The notes: generated by a model not told the origin, from the letters alone. Shown: positions 1 to 10,349, numbered from the stretch's first letter. The stretch is 64,000 nucleotides of DNA from Gemmatimonas sp. (GCA_965279375.1 OZ257156.1:1952001-2016000); one strand, 5' to 3'. Numbers and translations are program-made.

Positions 1-2
1 GC

Positions 3-1253
3 ATGGGGCAGCCGGTCACGGTGCTCTTCCTCGATCTCGACAACTTCAAGACGGTCAACGATTCGCTGGGCCATGCGGCCGGCGATCGCCTGCTGGTGGA
101 TGCGGCGCGCCGCCTGGCGCAGTGCGTGCGCGACAGCGACCTGATCGCCCGCCTGGGCGGCGACGAGTTCGCCGTGCTGGTGGAGGACGCCGACAACGTG
201 CGCGATGTGCTGGTCATCGCCGAACGCGTTGCCGCCGCACTGGGCAAGCCGTTCATGCTGGGCGGCAAGGAAGTGTTCGTGAGCGCGAGCGTGGGTATCG
301 CGCGTACGGAGCCGGGAGAGACGGCGGACGAACTGGTGCGCAACGCTGACGTGGCGATGTACGTGGCCAAGACGCGCGGCAAGGGACAGTGCGTCTTCTT
401 CGAGCCGCAGATGCACACGGCGGCGTTGGAACGGCTGGTGGTCGAAGCCGATCTGCGACGCGCCATCGAGCATGAAGAGTTCTTCCTGCAGTATCAGCCG
501 ATCGTGTTGCTTGGCACGGGCGAGATCATCGGCGCCGAGGCGCTGGTGCGCTGGTGCTGCCGCGAACGCGGCACGGTACCGCCGGGCGTGTTCATTCCCA
601 TCGCCGAGGAGACCGGACTGATTTCGGCGATCGGGCGCTGGGTGCTGCGACGCGCGTGCCGCACCGCCAAGCAGTGGGAGAAGGAACGCGGCCACCCGAT
701 GCGCATCACTGTGAATCTCTCAGGGCGGCAGCTGCAGGAGCCGGGGATCGTGGAGGAGGTGCGGCAGGCACTGGCCGATTCCGGATTGGACGCCAGGCAT
801 CTCGTCCTCGAGATCACCGAGAGCATGTTGATGCACAACACCGAGATGGCGCTGGCGCGCCTCACCGCGCTCAAGGCGCTGGGCGTTTCGCTGGCAATCG
901 ACGATTTCGGCACCGGATATTCCTCCCTGAGCTACCTCCAGCGCTATCCGATCGACATTCTCAAGATCGACAAGTCGTTCGTGGATGTCATCGACAAGGG
1001 AGGCGAAGGACCGGTACTGGCCAGCGCGATCGTGGCATTGGGGGAAACGTTGCGGATGAACACCGTGGCGGAAGGCATCGAAACCGAGGCGCAGCGTGGC
1101 CATCTGATCGAGCTCGGTTGCGAGCTTGGCCAAGGCTACCTGTTCGCGCCGCCGCTCGACGCCGAGGATTTCTGGAAGATCCTCGTGACCCGTGGCGCCC
1201 GATCGTACGAAGCCAAGCGTCGGCGTCGCGAACATGGTGCACAAGCCGCATAA
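3..1253 (+). CDS. GGDEF-EAL c-di-GMP cyclase/phosphodiesterase (5' end outside window)
   Basis: DLDNFK, RLGGDEF, AEALVRW, DDFGTGYSSL and EGIET motifs. Confidence 0.95.
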   Translation: MGQPVTVLFLDLDNFKTVNDSLGHAAGDRLLVDAARRLAQCVRDSDLIARLGGDEFAVLVEDADNVRDVLVIAERVAAALGKPFMLGGKEVFVSASVGIARTEPGETADELVRNADVAMYVAKTRGKGQCVFFEPQMHTAALERLVVEADLRRAIEHEEFFLQYQPIVLLGTGEIIGAEALVRWCCRERGTVPPGVFIPIAEETGLISAIGRWVLRRACRTAKQWEKERGHPMRITVNLSGRQLQEPGIVEEVRQALADSGLDARHLVLEITESMLMHNTEMALARLTALKALGVSLAIDDFGTGYSSLSYLQRYPIDILKIDKSFVDVIDKGGEGPVLASAIVALGETLRMNTVAEGIETEAQRGHLIELGCELGQGYLFAPPLDAEDFWKILVTRGARSYEAKRRRREHGAQAA

Positions 1254-2454
1254 GGAAGTACCGCAACTCCTCGATTGCTTCATCGTGACGGCGCCAGGGC
1301 TCGCGCCGTTGGTGGCCGCCGAGTGCACCGCGATCGGCATCACGCCGCGCGACGTGACCGATGCCGGTGTCGCGTTCGATGGCACCTTGGCCGACGTGCT
1401 GCAGGTGAACCTGTGGTCGCGCATGGCGAGTCGTGTGCTGATGCGGCTGGCGTCGTTCGAGGCGCGCGACTTCGCGACGCTCGAGAAGCAGGCGCAGAAG
1501 GTGCCGTGGGCGCGTGTGCTGCAACGCGGCATGACGGCGCGGCTGCGCGTGACCTGTCGCAAATCCAAGCTGTATCACTCGGATGCCGTCGCCGAGCGCG
1601 TTGCGCGCGGTATCGAGCGCTCGGTGGCTGGGGTGGAGATCGATCTGCGCGGGCGTGAGGACGAAGAGGGCGACGATCTGCCGCCGGCGCAACTCATCGT
1701 GGTGCGCTTCGATCACGATCGCTGCACCATCAGCGCGGACAGTTCGGGCGAGTTGCTGCATCGTCGCGGATGGCGCCAGGCGGTGGCCAAGGCGCCGCTG
1801 CGCGAGACACTGGCGGCCGCGATGCTTGTCGCGAGCGAATGGGACGGCAACCGACCGTTAGTCGATCCGTTCTGTGGATCGGGAACGATTGGTATCGAAG
1901 CGGCGCTGCGCGTGCGGAACATCGCGCCAGGGCTCGAGCGCGCCTTTGCGCTGGAAGCGTGGCCCGGAACCGATGCGGCGATGGTGCGTGCGGCGCGCGA
2001 GGCCGCACGTGCGCAGGCGAAGCCGTCGAGCGGTGTGCAGATTCTGCTGGCCGATCGCGATGCCGGCGCGTGTGATGCGGCGGTGGCGAATGCGGAGCGT
2101 GCCGGCGTGCTGGGCGACGTGATCATCGCGCAGCAGGCGCTGTCGGATGCCGATTTGGCGGCTGTTGGCCCGGAGGGTTTGGTGCTCACCAACCCGCCGT
2201 ACGGACTGCGCGTGACCGACAAGAGCGATATCCGTTCGCTCTACGCGCGATTGGGCGATGTCTTGCGCGCGGGCGGGAAGGGGTGGCAGGTGGCGATGCT
2301 GATCCCCGACAAGCAGTTGGTCGCGCAGCTCAAGGTGCCGTACGACACCGTGCTGCGCACCGCGAACGGTGGGCTCGCGGTGAGTGTGGAGATGACGCGA
2401 GCGGCGTCTACTCGCTCGGCGACTACTCGTGCCGGATCGCGTCGATCGGACTGA
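1234..2454 (+). CDS. THUMP-domain RNA methyltransferase (RlmL-like)
   Basis: TAPGL, APLRETLAAAML, DPFCGSGT and TNPPYG motifs; start taken at ATG 1234, overlapping the end of the upstream gene. Confidence 0.88.
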   Translation: MVHKPHKEVPQLLDCFIVTAPGLAPLVAAECTAIGITPRDVTDAGVAFDGTLADVLQVNLWSRMASRVLMRLASFEARDFATLEKQAQKVPWARVLQRGMTARLRVTCRKSKLYHSDAVAERVARGIERSVAGVEIDLRGREDEEGDDLPPAQLIVVRFDHDRCTISADSSGELLHRRGWRQAVAKAPLRETLAAAMLVASEWDGNRPLVDPFCGSGTIGIEAALRVRNIAPGLERAFALEAWPGTDAAMVRAAREAARAQAKPSSGVQILLADRDAGACDAAVANAERAGVLGDVIIAQQALSDADLAAVGPEGLVLTNPPYGLRVTDKSDIRSLYARLGDVLRAGGKGWQVAMLIPDKQLVAQLKVPYDTVLRTANGGLAVSVEMTRAASTRSATTRAGSRRSD

Positions 2455-3682
2455 GGCGCGACGCACGACGCGCGGGGTAGGTCCCGAAGATCAGGCCGAT
2501 CGACGCCGCAGATCCCACAGCCACCAGTATGGTGCTGGGTGCGATGGCAAACGTGAGCGTCTCCGCACCCGACCAGACGCGAATGCCGGCCACCGCGCCT
2601 GCGGTGATGGTGGAGCCCAGCGCGACTCCGAGGACACTGCCGACGCACGCGACCATCACGGCCTCGGTCAGGAACTGCACGCGAATGTCGTCGTTGCGCG
2701 CACCCAGCGCTTTGCGGATGCCGATTTCCCGCGTTCGCTCCGTCACGTTGGCGAGCATGATGTTCATGATGCCGATGCCGCCCACGAGCAACGAGATCCC
2801 CGCGAGCGTACCAAGAAACAGCTTCATCACGCCGAAGCCCTGCGAGACCTGCTCGAGCTGCTTCTCGCTGGCGATGATTTCAACCTTCGACGACCAGTCG
2901 CGATAGCGCGCGGCCATCCAGTCTTCAATGCCGGCCTGCATGTCGTGCAGCGACTCGACGGTGCGCGCCTGCAGCAGCATTTGCGGTGCGACTTGTCCGT
3001 ATCCCGGCCCGAAGACAGCGCTCGCCGCAGCGTACGGCACGCGCGCGTTGTATCCGTATTCGCCGGTGTACGACGCAAAGATGCCGATCACCTGTCGTGG
3101 CAGACCTCGCACGCGCACCCACTCGTCCAGCATCGACTCCGCGGGGCGACCCGCCGCCAGCTCCGCCGCGAGACGATGCGACAGGAGGATGACCGGGGCG
3201 TTGTGCACTGCCTCAGCGGCGGTGAACGGTCGGCCCACGGCAAGATCGGTTTGTCCAAACGCATCGATGCCGGCGGTGGTCGCCGTGATGCTGACCTGGC
3301 GTTGCTTCCCCGACCTGAGCCACGCGATGCGGGCGGACCCCGAACGCACGATCGCCGCACCGCGCACCATCGGCAGCGCGCGCTGCAACGCGTCGAGATG
3401 TGTGGGCGAGAACTCCGGGGCATCGCGAACCGCCACCCATTCGCCGTCCACAAGGATTCGCGATCGCGCCTGCACCGTGACCGACTGCACGTCGGTGGTG
3501 CGCGCGAGTTCGCGGCGGACGTACGCCTCCATCGCATCGCCCAGCGACAACACCGACACCAGCGCGCCCACGCCCACGATCACGCCGAGCGTCGAGAGGA
3601 TGGTACGAAGCACATTCTCGCTCAGGGCGCTCAGTCCGACGCGCGCAGCGATGCCGACGGACGACAGCACGGACCGCTTCAA
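2423..3682 (-). CDS. ABC transporter permease, MacB/FtsX family
   Basis: LSTLGVIVGV, VGGIGIMNIML..VTERTREIGIRKALGA and C-terminal PIDAIRHE; TTG start. Confidence 0.92.
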   Translation of the reverse strand: MKRSVLSSVGIAARVGLSALSENVLRTILSTLGVIVGVGALVSVLSLGDAMEAYVRRELARTTDVQSVTVQARSRILVDGEWVAVRDAPEFSPTHLDALQRALPMVRGAAIVRSGSARIAWLRSGKQRQVSITATTAGIDAFGQTDLAVGRPFTAAEAVHNAPVILLSHRLAAELAAGRPAESMLDEWVRVRGLPRQVIGIFASYTGEYGYNARVPYAAASAVFGPGYGQVAPQMLLQARTVESLHDMQAGIEDWMAARYRDWSSKVEIIASEKQLEQVSQGFGVMKLFLGTLAGISLLVGGIGIMNIMLANVTERTREIGIRKALGARNDDIRVQFLTEAVMVACVGSVLGVALGSTITAGAVAGIRVWSGAETLTFAIAPSTILVAVGSAASIGLIFGTYPARRASRLSPIDAIRHE

Positions 3683-3817
3683 ACATCCTCCGGCGGGTGG
3701 GAGACCAGACGCGCCGTCAGGCGCATGCAGCCGGCAAGTCGGAAGGGAGACGGGACAGCGGCGCCTGTCACCTACGCTAGAGCGCGGCGGAAGATTCCGG
3801 CCAGCGCCCCGGAAGCG

Positions 3818-4261
3818 TCAGACGCGGAAGTAGTCCGCCCGCCACTGCTTGACCGACTGCTTGATCTCCTTGGGCTTGATCGCCGGATTCGCGAGGATCT
3901 TGCGCACGAGCTCGGGGACTTCGGCGTCCGAGGCAAAGCGCAGCGCGATGAGCTGCGACGGACGAAGCTCGTCCACGCGGGACTGCAGGTCGGTGGGGAG
4001 AATCCGCGTCAAGCGCAGCCGCTCCTCCAGTCGGATGATCCGATCCTGCGCCTTGAGCGGTGAGATGCGCACGTACGCGATTGCGCCGAAGATCGCGAGC
4101 GCACCGACCAGCGCGTAGGCCGTATCTGCACCCGGAGTGCGCACCAACCGAACGATCGACCAGATCACGTAGGCGAGTCCGAGCGGCGTCGTGATGTAGT
4201 GGTAACCCGGGACCATCTGGGCATGGTTGCTGAAATTCTGTCCGCTTTCGGTGGCCATCAT
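3818..4261 (-). CDS. DUF6526-like membrane protein
   Basis: QNFSNH, two TM segments, QDRIIRLEERLR, QLIALRFASD, WRADYFRV; start at ATG 4261 or 4258. Confidence 0.75.
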   Translation of the reverse strand: MMATESGQNFSNHAQMVPGYHYITTPLGLAYVIWSIVRLVRTPGADTAYALVGALAIFGAIAYVRISPLKAQDRIIRLEERLRLTRILPTDLQSRVDELRPSQLIALRFASDAEVPELVRKILANPAIKPKEIKQSVKQWRADYFRV

Positions 4262-4369
4262 GCGTCTCGGTGGGGTGATGAGCAGTGGGATCGGCCGTAA
4301 GTTATCCTCGTCACGTCCCAGCAGGACGCGACGCATCCGCTCCGCCCCGCCCTCCAACCCGATCCTGCC

Positions 4370-5917
4370 ATGCGCCGCTCGGCTCCTCTGCTCCTATTGC
4401 TCGTTGGCTCACCGCTGGTGACGACGCTGTCCGCGCAGGCCAGTGGCAGCAAGACCGGTGGCGGCAAGCCGGTCGGGCTCTCGCTCATTCGCGAGGCGGA
4501 GATCAAGCGCGATCTCTACGCGATGGCTGGCGACGACATGCGCGGGCGCGAGGCGGGCACCATCGATGAAATGCGCGCGTCGATGTGGGTGGCCGAAGAG
4601 ATGCGGAAGAGTGGTGTGAAGCCCAAGGGGGAAGACGGGAGCTGGTTCCAGTGGTGGAACATGCGGCGAACTCGCATCTCGTCGATTTCGAGCAGCGTGA
4701 AGCTGGGCTCGCGCACGATGTCGTTGTGGACGGAGATCACGCCCACGTCGAACGCCGCGGTGGACGTGTCCGCGCAGACCGTGTTCGTGGGCGATGGCCG
4801 CGACACCACGATCGACGTGCGTGGCAAAATCGCCGTTGCCACGTTGCTGCCGCCTACGACCGCGCTACGCTCGACGACCAACACCTACGAGTATCGCTAC
4901 ACGCGGCAGGCCGTCACCACGCAGGGGGCGCAGCTCTCACGTCGCGGCGCGGCGGGTGTGATTCTCGTGGCCGATTCCATCGGCGACATCGCGTACGAAG
5001 GGATGTGGAAGCTGCAGTCGCGCGGCACATACGACGTGGTGGGTGGCGTACCGCGCTTCTCCCAGAATCCGGGCGGTGGACGCGGGGCAGGCGCGGGGGG
5101 CGGCGCTGCGCCGACGCCGGTGCCGGTGCTGTTCGTCAAGCGCTCCGCGCTGAACGAGCTGCGTACAAACGGCCAGACGGTCGACATCAAGCTGCGCTCG
5201 GAGAGTTTCGAAACCCCGTCGGTGAACATCATCGGCGTCGTGCAGGGAACCGATCCCAAGCTGCGCGACGAGTACGTGGTCTTCAGCTCGCACCAGGACC
5301 ACGACGGCGTGCGCTTTGACGTTGCGGGCGATTCGATCTGGAACGGCGCCGACGACAATGCCACGACGAGCGTCGCGCTGCTCGCGATCGCGCGCTCATG
5401 GGTGAAGCATCCGAGCAAGCGTTCGGCGCTGTTCATCTTTCACGGTGCAGAGGAACGAGGTCTGCTCGGATCGCGCTATCACGTCGCGCATCCGGTGGTG
5501 CCGCTCAAGCAGATGGTGGCGGTACTCAACGGCGACATGCTTGGCCGCAATCACCCCGATACGGCCGCGCTGATGGGATCGCAGCCGCCACATCGCAATT
5601 CCACGGCGCTCGTGCAGATGGCGCTGGATGCCAACCGCATGGTCAGCAAGTTCGTCGTCGACTCGTCGTGGGACCGCCCGACGCATCCGGAAGGCTGGTA
5701 TTTCCGCAGCGATCACGTGCCGTACGCCGAACGCAGCGTGCCGTCATTGTTCTTCTCGAGCAACCTGCACCCCGACTATCACACGCCGCGCGACGAGCCC
5801 AAGACGATCGACTATCCGAAGCTCACTCGTATCACGCAGTGGATGTACATGACCGGCTGGATGGCGGGGAACACCGCGACACGGCCGGCAATCGATCCCG
5901 GGTTCGTGCTGCGCTAG
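4370..5917 (+). CDS. Secreted M28-family metallopeptidase
   Basis: Signal peptide; SSHQDH, NGADDN, AEERGLLGS, RSDH and DYH motifs. Confidence 0.92.
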   Translation: MRRSAPLLLLLVGSPLVTTLSAQASGSKTGGGKPVGLSLIREAEIKRDLYAMAGDDMRGREAGTIDEMRASMWVAEEMRKSGVKPKGEDGSWFQWWNMRRTRISSISSSVKLGSRTMSLWTEITPTSNAAVDVSAQTVFVGDGRDTTIDVRGKIAVATLLPPTTALRSTTNTYEYRYTRQAVTTQGAQLSRRGAAGVILVADSIGDIAYEGMWKLQSRGTYDVVGGVPRFSQNPGGGRGAGAGGGAAPTPVPVLFVKRSALNELRTNGQTVDIKLRSESFETPSVNIIGVVQGTDPKLRDEYVVFSSHQDHDGVRFDVAGDSIWNGADDNATTSVALLAIARSWVKHPSKRSALFIFHGAEERGLLGSRYHVAHPVVPLKQMVAVLNGDMLGRNHPDTAALMGSQPPHRNSTALVQMALDANRMVSKFVVDSSWDRPTHPEGWYFRSDHVPYAERSVPSLFFSSNLHPDYHTPRDEPKTIDYPKLTRITQWMYMTGWMAGNTATRPAIDPGFVLR

Positions 5918-5938
5918 CAACCCGACCGTGCCAAGACA

Positions 5939-5972
5939 AACGCCGCCCACTCGTACTCGAGTTGGCGGCGTT
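5939..5972. terminator. Probable bidirectional intrinsic terminator
   Basis: AACGCCGCC-C-ACTCG / CGAGT-T-GGCGGCGTT stem between convergent M28 and BON genes. Confidence 0.7.
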
Positions 5973-6010
5973 CGTGTATTCGCACCTCGATACTACCGAT
6001 GCGGCTACGG

Positions 6011-6370
6011 TTACGGCTTGATGCTCAGGTTGTTGACGATCGTGTAGCCTGCCGCCTTGGACGTGGCGACCTCGCCCGCGAGAGTCTTCTGGGCCTCCGT
6101 CTTCACGGTGCCGTTCAGTGTGACCGTCTTGGCCGCCTCGTCCGTATCGACGTTGATCTCACCCGCATCGACCCGCGTGTCCGCCATGAGAGCGGTCTTG
6201 ACCTCGCCAGTCTTGGCCGCGCCGCCCATCGCCGTGCCGGCGTCGGACGCAACCTCAGCGGACTTGTCGGCTGCATTGTCCGCATCCTTCTTGACACCGT
6301 CTGCCGTGTTGCCGCACGCGCCTGCGAACGCGACGAGCGCGACGGTCGAAAGAATCCTGAGTGACTTCAT
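6011..6370 (-). CDS. BON-domain lipoprotein (OsmY-like)
   Basis: Lipobox FAGAC; VKTALMAD..INVDT..VTLNGTV..VNNL; start ATG 6370. Confidence 0.88.
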   Translation of the reverse strand: MKSLRILSTVALVAFAGACGNTADGVKKDADNAADKSAEVASDAGTAMGGAAKTGEVKTALMADTRVDAGEINVDTDEAAKTVTLNGTVKTEAQKTLAGEVATSKAAGYTIVNNLSIKP

Positions 6371-6520
6371 TGTTGAGCTCCGGGAATGGGATTGGAGTTG
6401 TCGTACACATGACATCCTCCCACTGTGCAAGTCCCGTTCTCAGCGCCCCGTACCGTTGACGCACGTCACAGTGCGCATCGTCACCACCGGTGGCGATGCG
6501 CAGGAGCAGCCTCAGCGCTG

Positions 6521-7948
6521 CTACCGCTGGCGACTCCCCGTCCAGATGACAACGCTGCCGCAGCCAGACAGGGAGAAGAACTCGGGGGGCGTCGTCATCG
6601 CCGTGTAGACCTCGATGCCGCGTATGATCGACGGATCAATGAACGTGTCGAGATCGCTGTCCTGCATCCGCATTCGATCGATGAAGACAGTTGGTGCGCA
6701 GGCACCGCTCGTACCGCCGCGCATCAACACCCGTGTGCCGCTACCACTCGGCACGACCCGTACGCCGGCCATCGTACGCAGCAGATCTGTGGTGCGAAAA
6801 GCCTGACGCTTGGCGATGGTCTCTTCGTCAATGAAGCGACCGAGACCTTGCCTGCGACGCTCTTCGAACCCTGCCATGTCACGTCCGTAGACCTTTCGAA
6901 TCGCGCGCACCCTCACCGTGTCCAGCGATGCCAGCGATTCGAGCTGCGATGACACGAGCGTTGGTTCCGCATCCAGCAGATCAATGATGCGTCGCTCGGC
7001 CTGATACCCAATGGCGCGTGTTTCGAGGGTGTGAGAGCCGGTAGGCAGCTCACGCAGAGTGAAGCTCCCGTCTGCGCTCGTGGTTGCGTCCAGGCCGGTG
7101 CCCCACACCGACACGCGCGCATTCGCCAGCGGTAGTCCGCCCTTGCCGCGCACGACGCCTTGAACGCGACCCGCACCGCGCATCAGTGTAACGGTCGTCG
7201 TGTCGGCGACGCTGTCTGCATCGACGCTTCGCACCGTGGAGGACACCGCGCGCGCCGCCCCCACCAGCAAGTCGAGACGCCCGATCCCAAACACGGGGAC
7301 CATGGTCTCGAGAACGCCGGATGAGTCAGTCGCGTTCGAAGCGCGTACACGCAAAACGCCGCCGGGGGGCACTCCGCAGGCGAAGTACATCCCCTCCGCC
7401 CTGGTCTTTGCCTCGACCGTGCGGAGCGTGCGCGTCAGCTGCCCGCGCGACAGCTCGAGATCGAGCCAGTCGACGCGAACCGTTCCGCTGGCGCCGAGCG
7501 CTGGGCTTCGCACATCGCGCAGCATGCCGAAGAGCAATCCGGCGGAGTCGTTCGCGACGTTGACACCGCACATGTACCGCATGGTGCTGCTGAGCGACGG
7601 AGTGGCGAGGACGGTGCGTGTGGTCCCTTTCGCCTGCACGTTGATGCGAAGGGTCAGGCGCTCGATGGCCAGCGAGTCCAGGTGCTGGTCTGTCGCGCCA
7701 ATCAACCAGAAGCCCGGCAGCAGACTGTCGACCCGGAATCGGCCGCGATCGTCCGTTTGCGTCTGTCGACTGATCGACGGGTCTGACTCGAACGCGAGTT
7801 GAATCGCCGCCTTCGCCATGGGTCGCGCGCGCACGCTGTCGTACGCAACACCGGCGATCTTGCCGCTGGCAGGCGCGCTTTGCCCACGAGCCACAGCGCA
7901 GGGGAGGAGACACGCCAGCGACAGTCCGAACATTGTAAGCACACGCAT
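6521..7948 (-). CDS. Secreted protein with carboxypeptidase-regulatory-like domains and C-terminal TonB plug-like domain (no barrel)
   Basis: Signal peptide; TDDRGRF and TSADGSF repeats; DLLRTMAGVRV..IRGIEVY..GCGSVVIWT. Confidence 0.8.
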   Translation of the reverse strand: MRVLTMFGLSLACLLPCAVARGQSAPASGKIAGVAYDSVRARPMAKAAIQLAFESDPSISRQTQTDDRGRFRVDSLLPGFWLIGATDQHLDSLAIERLTLRINVQAKGTTRTVLATPSLSSTMRYMCGVNVANDSAGLLFGMLRDVRSPALGASGTVRVDWLDLELSRGQLTRTLRTVEAKTRAEGMYFACGVPPGGVLRVRASNATDSSGVLETMVPVFGIGRLDLLVGAARAVSSTVRSVDADSVADTTTVTLMRGAGRVQGVVRGKGGLPLANARVSVWGTGLDATTSADGSFTLRELPTGSHTLETRAIGYQAERRIIDLLDAEPTLVSSQLESLASLDTVRVRAIRKVYGRDMAGFEERRRQGLGRFIDEETIAKRQAFRTTDLLRTMAGVRVVPSGSGTRVLMRGGTSGACAPTVFIDRMRMQDSDLDTFIDPSIIRGIEVYTAMTTPPEFFSLSGCGSVVIWTGSRQR

Positions 7949-8067
7949 GGCCCTAACCTACGAACGCCGAGGCGTTCGCGAAACCCATACGGACGGCGGA
8001 CGTCAGCCGCGGGCAGGGATTGAAGCCCTGGGACCCGTGGCGCCCCGCGTTGCTCATGCCCCGCCGA

Positions 8068-8376
8068 CTAGCGGTCCAGTCCGCTCTGTGGCGGGGCGCC
8101 GACCTGCTTGAGCACCTCGTCGGGAATGCCGAGCAACTCGATCACTCGCGTCTGGTCAGCGAGTCCGCAGGCCTCACGCTGAACGAAGTATTCCCACACC
8201 AGCTGTGCACACGCGTGCACCGTGCGAGGGTCACTCCGTTGAGAGGTCGCCTGCTCGCCGCGAAGCTGCGCCAGTGCGTACTCGAGGTCCCGTCCGATAC
8301 GACCGAGGCATGCGGCCGTCTCGCTGGCGAGTTGCGTCTCGAGTGCGGAGGGTTTGCCGGCGAACACCTTAGCCAT
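8068..8376 (-). CDS. Small helical hypothetical protein (DUF6665-like)
   Basis: LGRIGR..VWEYFVQREACGL..IPDEVL pattern; ATG 8376 overlaps the end of the upstream gene. Confidence 0.65.
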   Translation of the reverse strand: MAKVFAGKPSALETQLASETAACLGRIGRDLEYALAQLRGEQATSQRSDPRTVHACAQLVWEYFVQREACGLADQTRVIELLGIPDEVLKQVGAPPQSGLDR

Positions 8377-8791
8377 GCGCGCGTTCGTGCTCCAGGCGCG
8401 CATGAATGTCGTGATACGCGGCACCGAGCAGCGCTTCGAGTGCAGTGCGATCGATCGGGTGACCCACGCGAAGCTTCACGTGCCGCATATACCGACCGGC
8501 ACCTTGGAGTATGTCGGCGGGGTCGGCGAGCGATGCGCCGTGAAAAAAGCCGACGGCCGCGTGCGCACTGAAGATGTTCACGTAAGCAAACGGTGCGTCT
8601 TCCACGCAGGCGACGGGGCATCCGTCGTGAATGCACTCCCGCACGTCCGCTCCCAGCGCACGCATCTGGTCAAACCATGAGCGCACTATCGCCACAAACT
8701 CGGCGGGGCGTGCCTCGAACCAGGCGTTCACCGCCGGGTCGCGCTCGAGCGCGCCATCGAATCGCAGCAGTTTGTACACGACGTCAGGCAC
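8369..8791 (-). CDS. DUF1801 (YdhG-like) protein
   Basis: GFFHGASLADP..LQGAGRYMRHVKL motif. Confidence 0.85.
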   Translation of the reverse strand: MPDVVYKLLRFDGALERDPAVNAWFEARPAEFVAIVRSWFDQMRALGADVRECIHDGCPVACVEDAPFAYVNIFSAHAAVGFFHGASLADPADILQGAGRYMRHVKLRVGHPIDRTALEALLGAAYHDIHARLEHERAHG

Positions 8792-8824
8792 GGGCGACCT
8801 CGGGTTGCGCAGTAGAGTGTGCGG

Positions 8825-9643
8825 TTACTGGTCTCGCGTCCAGATCGCGATCAGCCCGCACCAGTTGTCGGTGCGCAGGCCACCGAACTGCGGCGGCAGC
8901 CGTGCGGGGCCGTTGTAGATCTCCACGCCGTACACGTTGGACGGCACCATCTGGTCGATGTTGCTGAGCGCGGGCATGACCACGCCGTCGATGGTGATGC
9001 GCATGACGCAGGGCACGAGACCGAACCCGATGCCGCCGCGGTTGCGCTCGGCCTTTGCGCCGCGCATGGAGACGGCGACGATGCTCCCCGACGAGTCGGC
9101 GATGCGGATGCCACTCACGCCGCGCAGCATCTGCGAGAGGGCGATCGGGTTGCGCTTGGCGATCGCGTCCATCGTGATCGTGGAGGACGGGTCGCCGCGC
9201 AAGCGCCGCATCTCGAAATCGTCCAGACGCGCGGAGAGCGTGCGATTGGCGACGACGCGCACCGCGTCGAGCGAGGCGGACGCGCGGTCGAGATGCACGA
9301 CATGCGCGTTCTCACCGACCCCCACGCGGAGGTCCACGTCTGCCGGACCGAAACCGACGCGGCGCACGGTCGCGCGCCAGATCCCTTCGGACGGAAGTTC
9401 GACGCGTGCGAGGCCAACTGAGTCGGTGCGAGCACGGATCGTTGCGCGCTCGCGTCGCAGCTGTACGTCTGCGTTGGGGACGGGAGCTCCCTGCTCGGCG
9501 ACGACGGTCAGGCGCAGCGTGGCCCGGGTGGAATCGGCGTTGCTGGTCGACTGCGCCGCGAGCGGAATGGCGCACGCCGCGGCACTGCAGATCACGGCGA
9601 TCAGCCGGATGCCGACAAGCCGGGCGGCGACGACGCGTAGCAT
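8825..9643 (-). CDS. Secreted carboxypeptidase-regulatory-like plus TonB plug-like protein (no barrel)
   Basis: Signal peptide from ATG 9643; RTDSVG, VRRVGF, VYGVEIY..WCGLIAIWT. Confidence 0.78.
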   Translation of the reverse strand: MLRVVAARLVGIRLIAVICSAAACAIPLAAQSTSNADSTRATLRLTVVAEQGAPVPNADVQLRRERATIRARTDSVGLARVELPSEGIWRATVRRVGFGPADVDLRVGVGENAHVVHLDRASASLDAVRVVANRTLSARLDDFEMRRLRGDPSSTITMDAIAKRNPIALSQMLRGVSGIRIADSSGSIVAVSMRGAKAERNRGGIGFGLVPCVMRITIDGVVMPALSNIDQMVPSNVYGVEIYNGPARLPPQFGGLRTDNWCGLIAIWTRDQ

Positions 9644-9776
9644 GCACGATATTGCGATCCGTTGCTTTGTGCGGCAAGCGTCCTGCGGCAGACCTCGTAC
9701 GGCTCGACGACTCAGGGACAGATTGACGATCCCTGGATGCATTCGTGCTGCTCCGTTTCCACCACTCGCTCTCGTG

Positions 9777-10334
9777 ATGACCGTACCGACCAGCGTTCGC
9801 CTTGCTACGCCAGCCGACGAGCCGCTTCTGCGCGTGTTGATTCCGCGATCTGCCCGCGCGCTGAGCGCGGGTTTCTATTCGGAGACGGAAGCGGAGGCGG
9901 CGATCACGTACGTGTTTGGCGTGGACTCGATGCTGATCGCCGACGGCACGTATTTCGTCGCGGCTGGCGGCGAGGAGATTCGCGGGTGTGGTGGCTGGAG
10001 CAAGCGTCGCACGCTCTACGGCGGCAATCAGCACAAGGACGCTGTCGATCCGCTGCTCGACCCTGCGGTGGATGCCGCACGTATCCGGGCATTCTTCGTG
10101 GCGCCGGAGTGCGCGCGGCAGGGCATCGGTGCGCTTTTGATGCAGGCGTGCGCCACGGCGGCGTTCGACGCGGGCTATCGCCGGCTCGAGCTGATGGCGA
10201 CGTTGCCGGGCGTCCCGCTCTACAGTGCGTTCGGCTTTGCGCCGTTGGTGGAGGTGGTGGAAACTGCCCCCAACGGCGTGCGCATTCCGTTCGTGCGCAT
10301 GGGTCGCGCGCTCACGCAGCCGATGCTGCGTTAG
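9777..10334 (+). CDS. GNAT-family N-acetyltransferase
   Basis: CGGWS, ARIRAFFV..ARQGIG acetyl-CoA motif, ATLPGVPLY..GF. Confidence 0.9.
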   Translation: MTVPTSVRLATPADEPLLRVLIPRSARALSAGFYSETEAEAAITYVFGVDSMLIADGTYFVAAGGEEIRGCGGWSKRRTLYGGNQHKDAVDPLLDPAVDAARIRAFFVAPECARQGIGALLMQACATAAFDAGYRRLELMATLPGVPLYSAFGFAPLVEVVETAPNGVRIPFVRMGRALTQPMLR

Positions 10335-10349
10335 GCGTCTGGCGCGGAA

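Noticed and set aside
2423..2454. Convergent 3' overlaps (32 bp here; 35 bp at 32026-32060)
   Set aside because: Short tail overlaps are common in compact GC-rich genomes; no evidence of function.
2429..4063. Long antisense or alternate-frame ORFs (e.g. 2429-4063, 12371-14008, 21685-22905, 41045-42559, 47128-48474)
   Set aside because: They overlap well-supported genes, are Arg/Ala-rich with no motifs, and are expected shadows in high-GC DNA.
5917..5934. Minus-strand TTGGCACG...TTGC sigma54-like site
   Set aside because: The spacing is 2 bp too long and it points antisense into the M28 gene.
7961..7978. Perfect inverted repeat CGAACGCC-GA-GGCGTTCG
   Set aside because: Single copy, no U-tract and no nearby regulator; cannot be told apart from chance.
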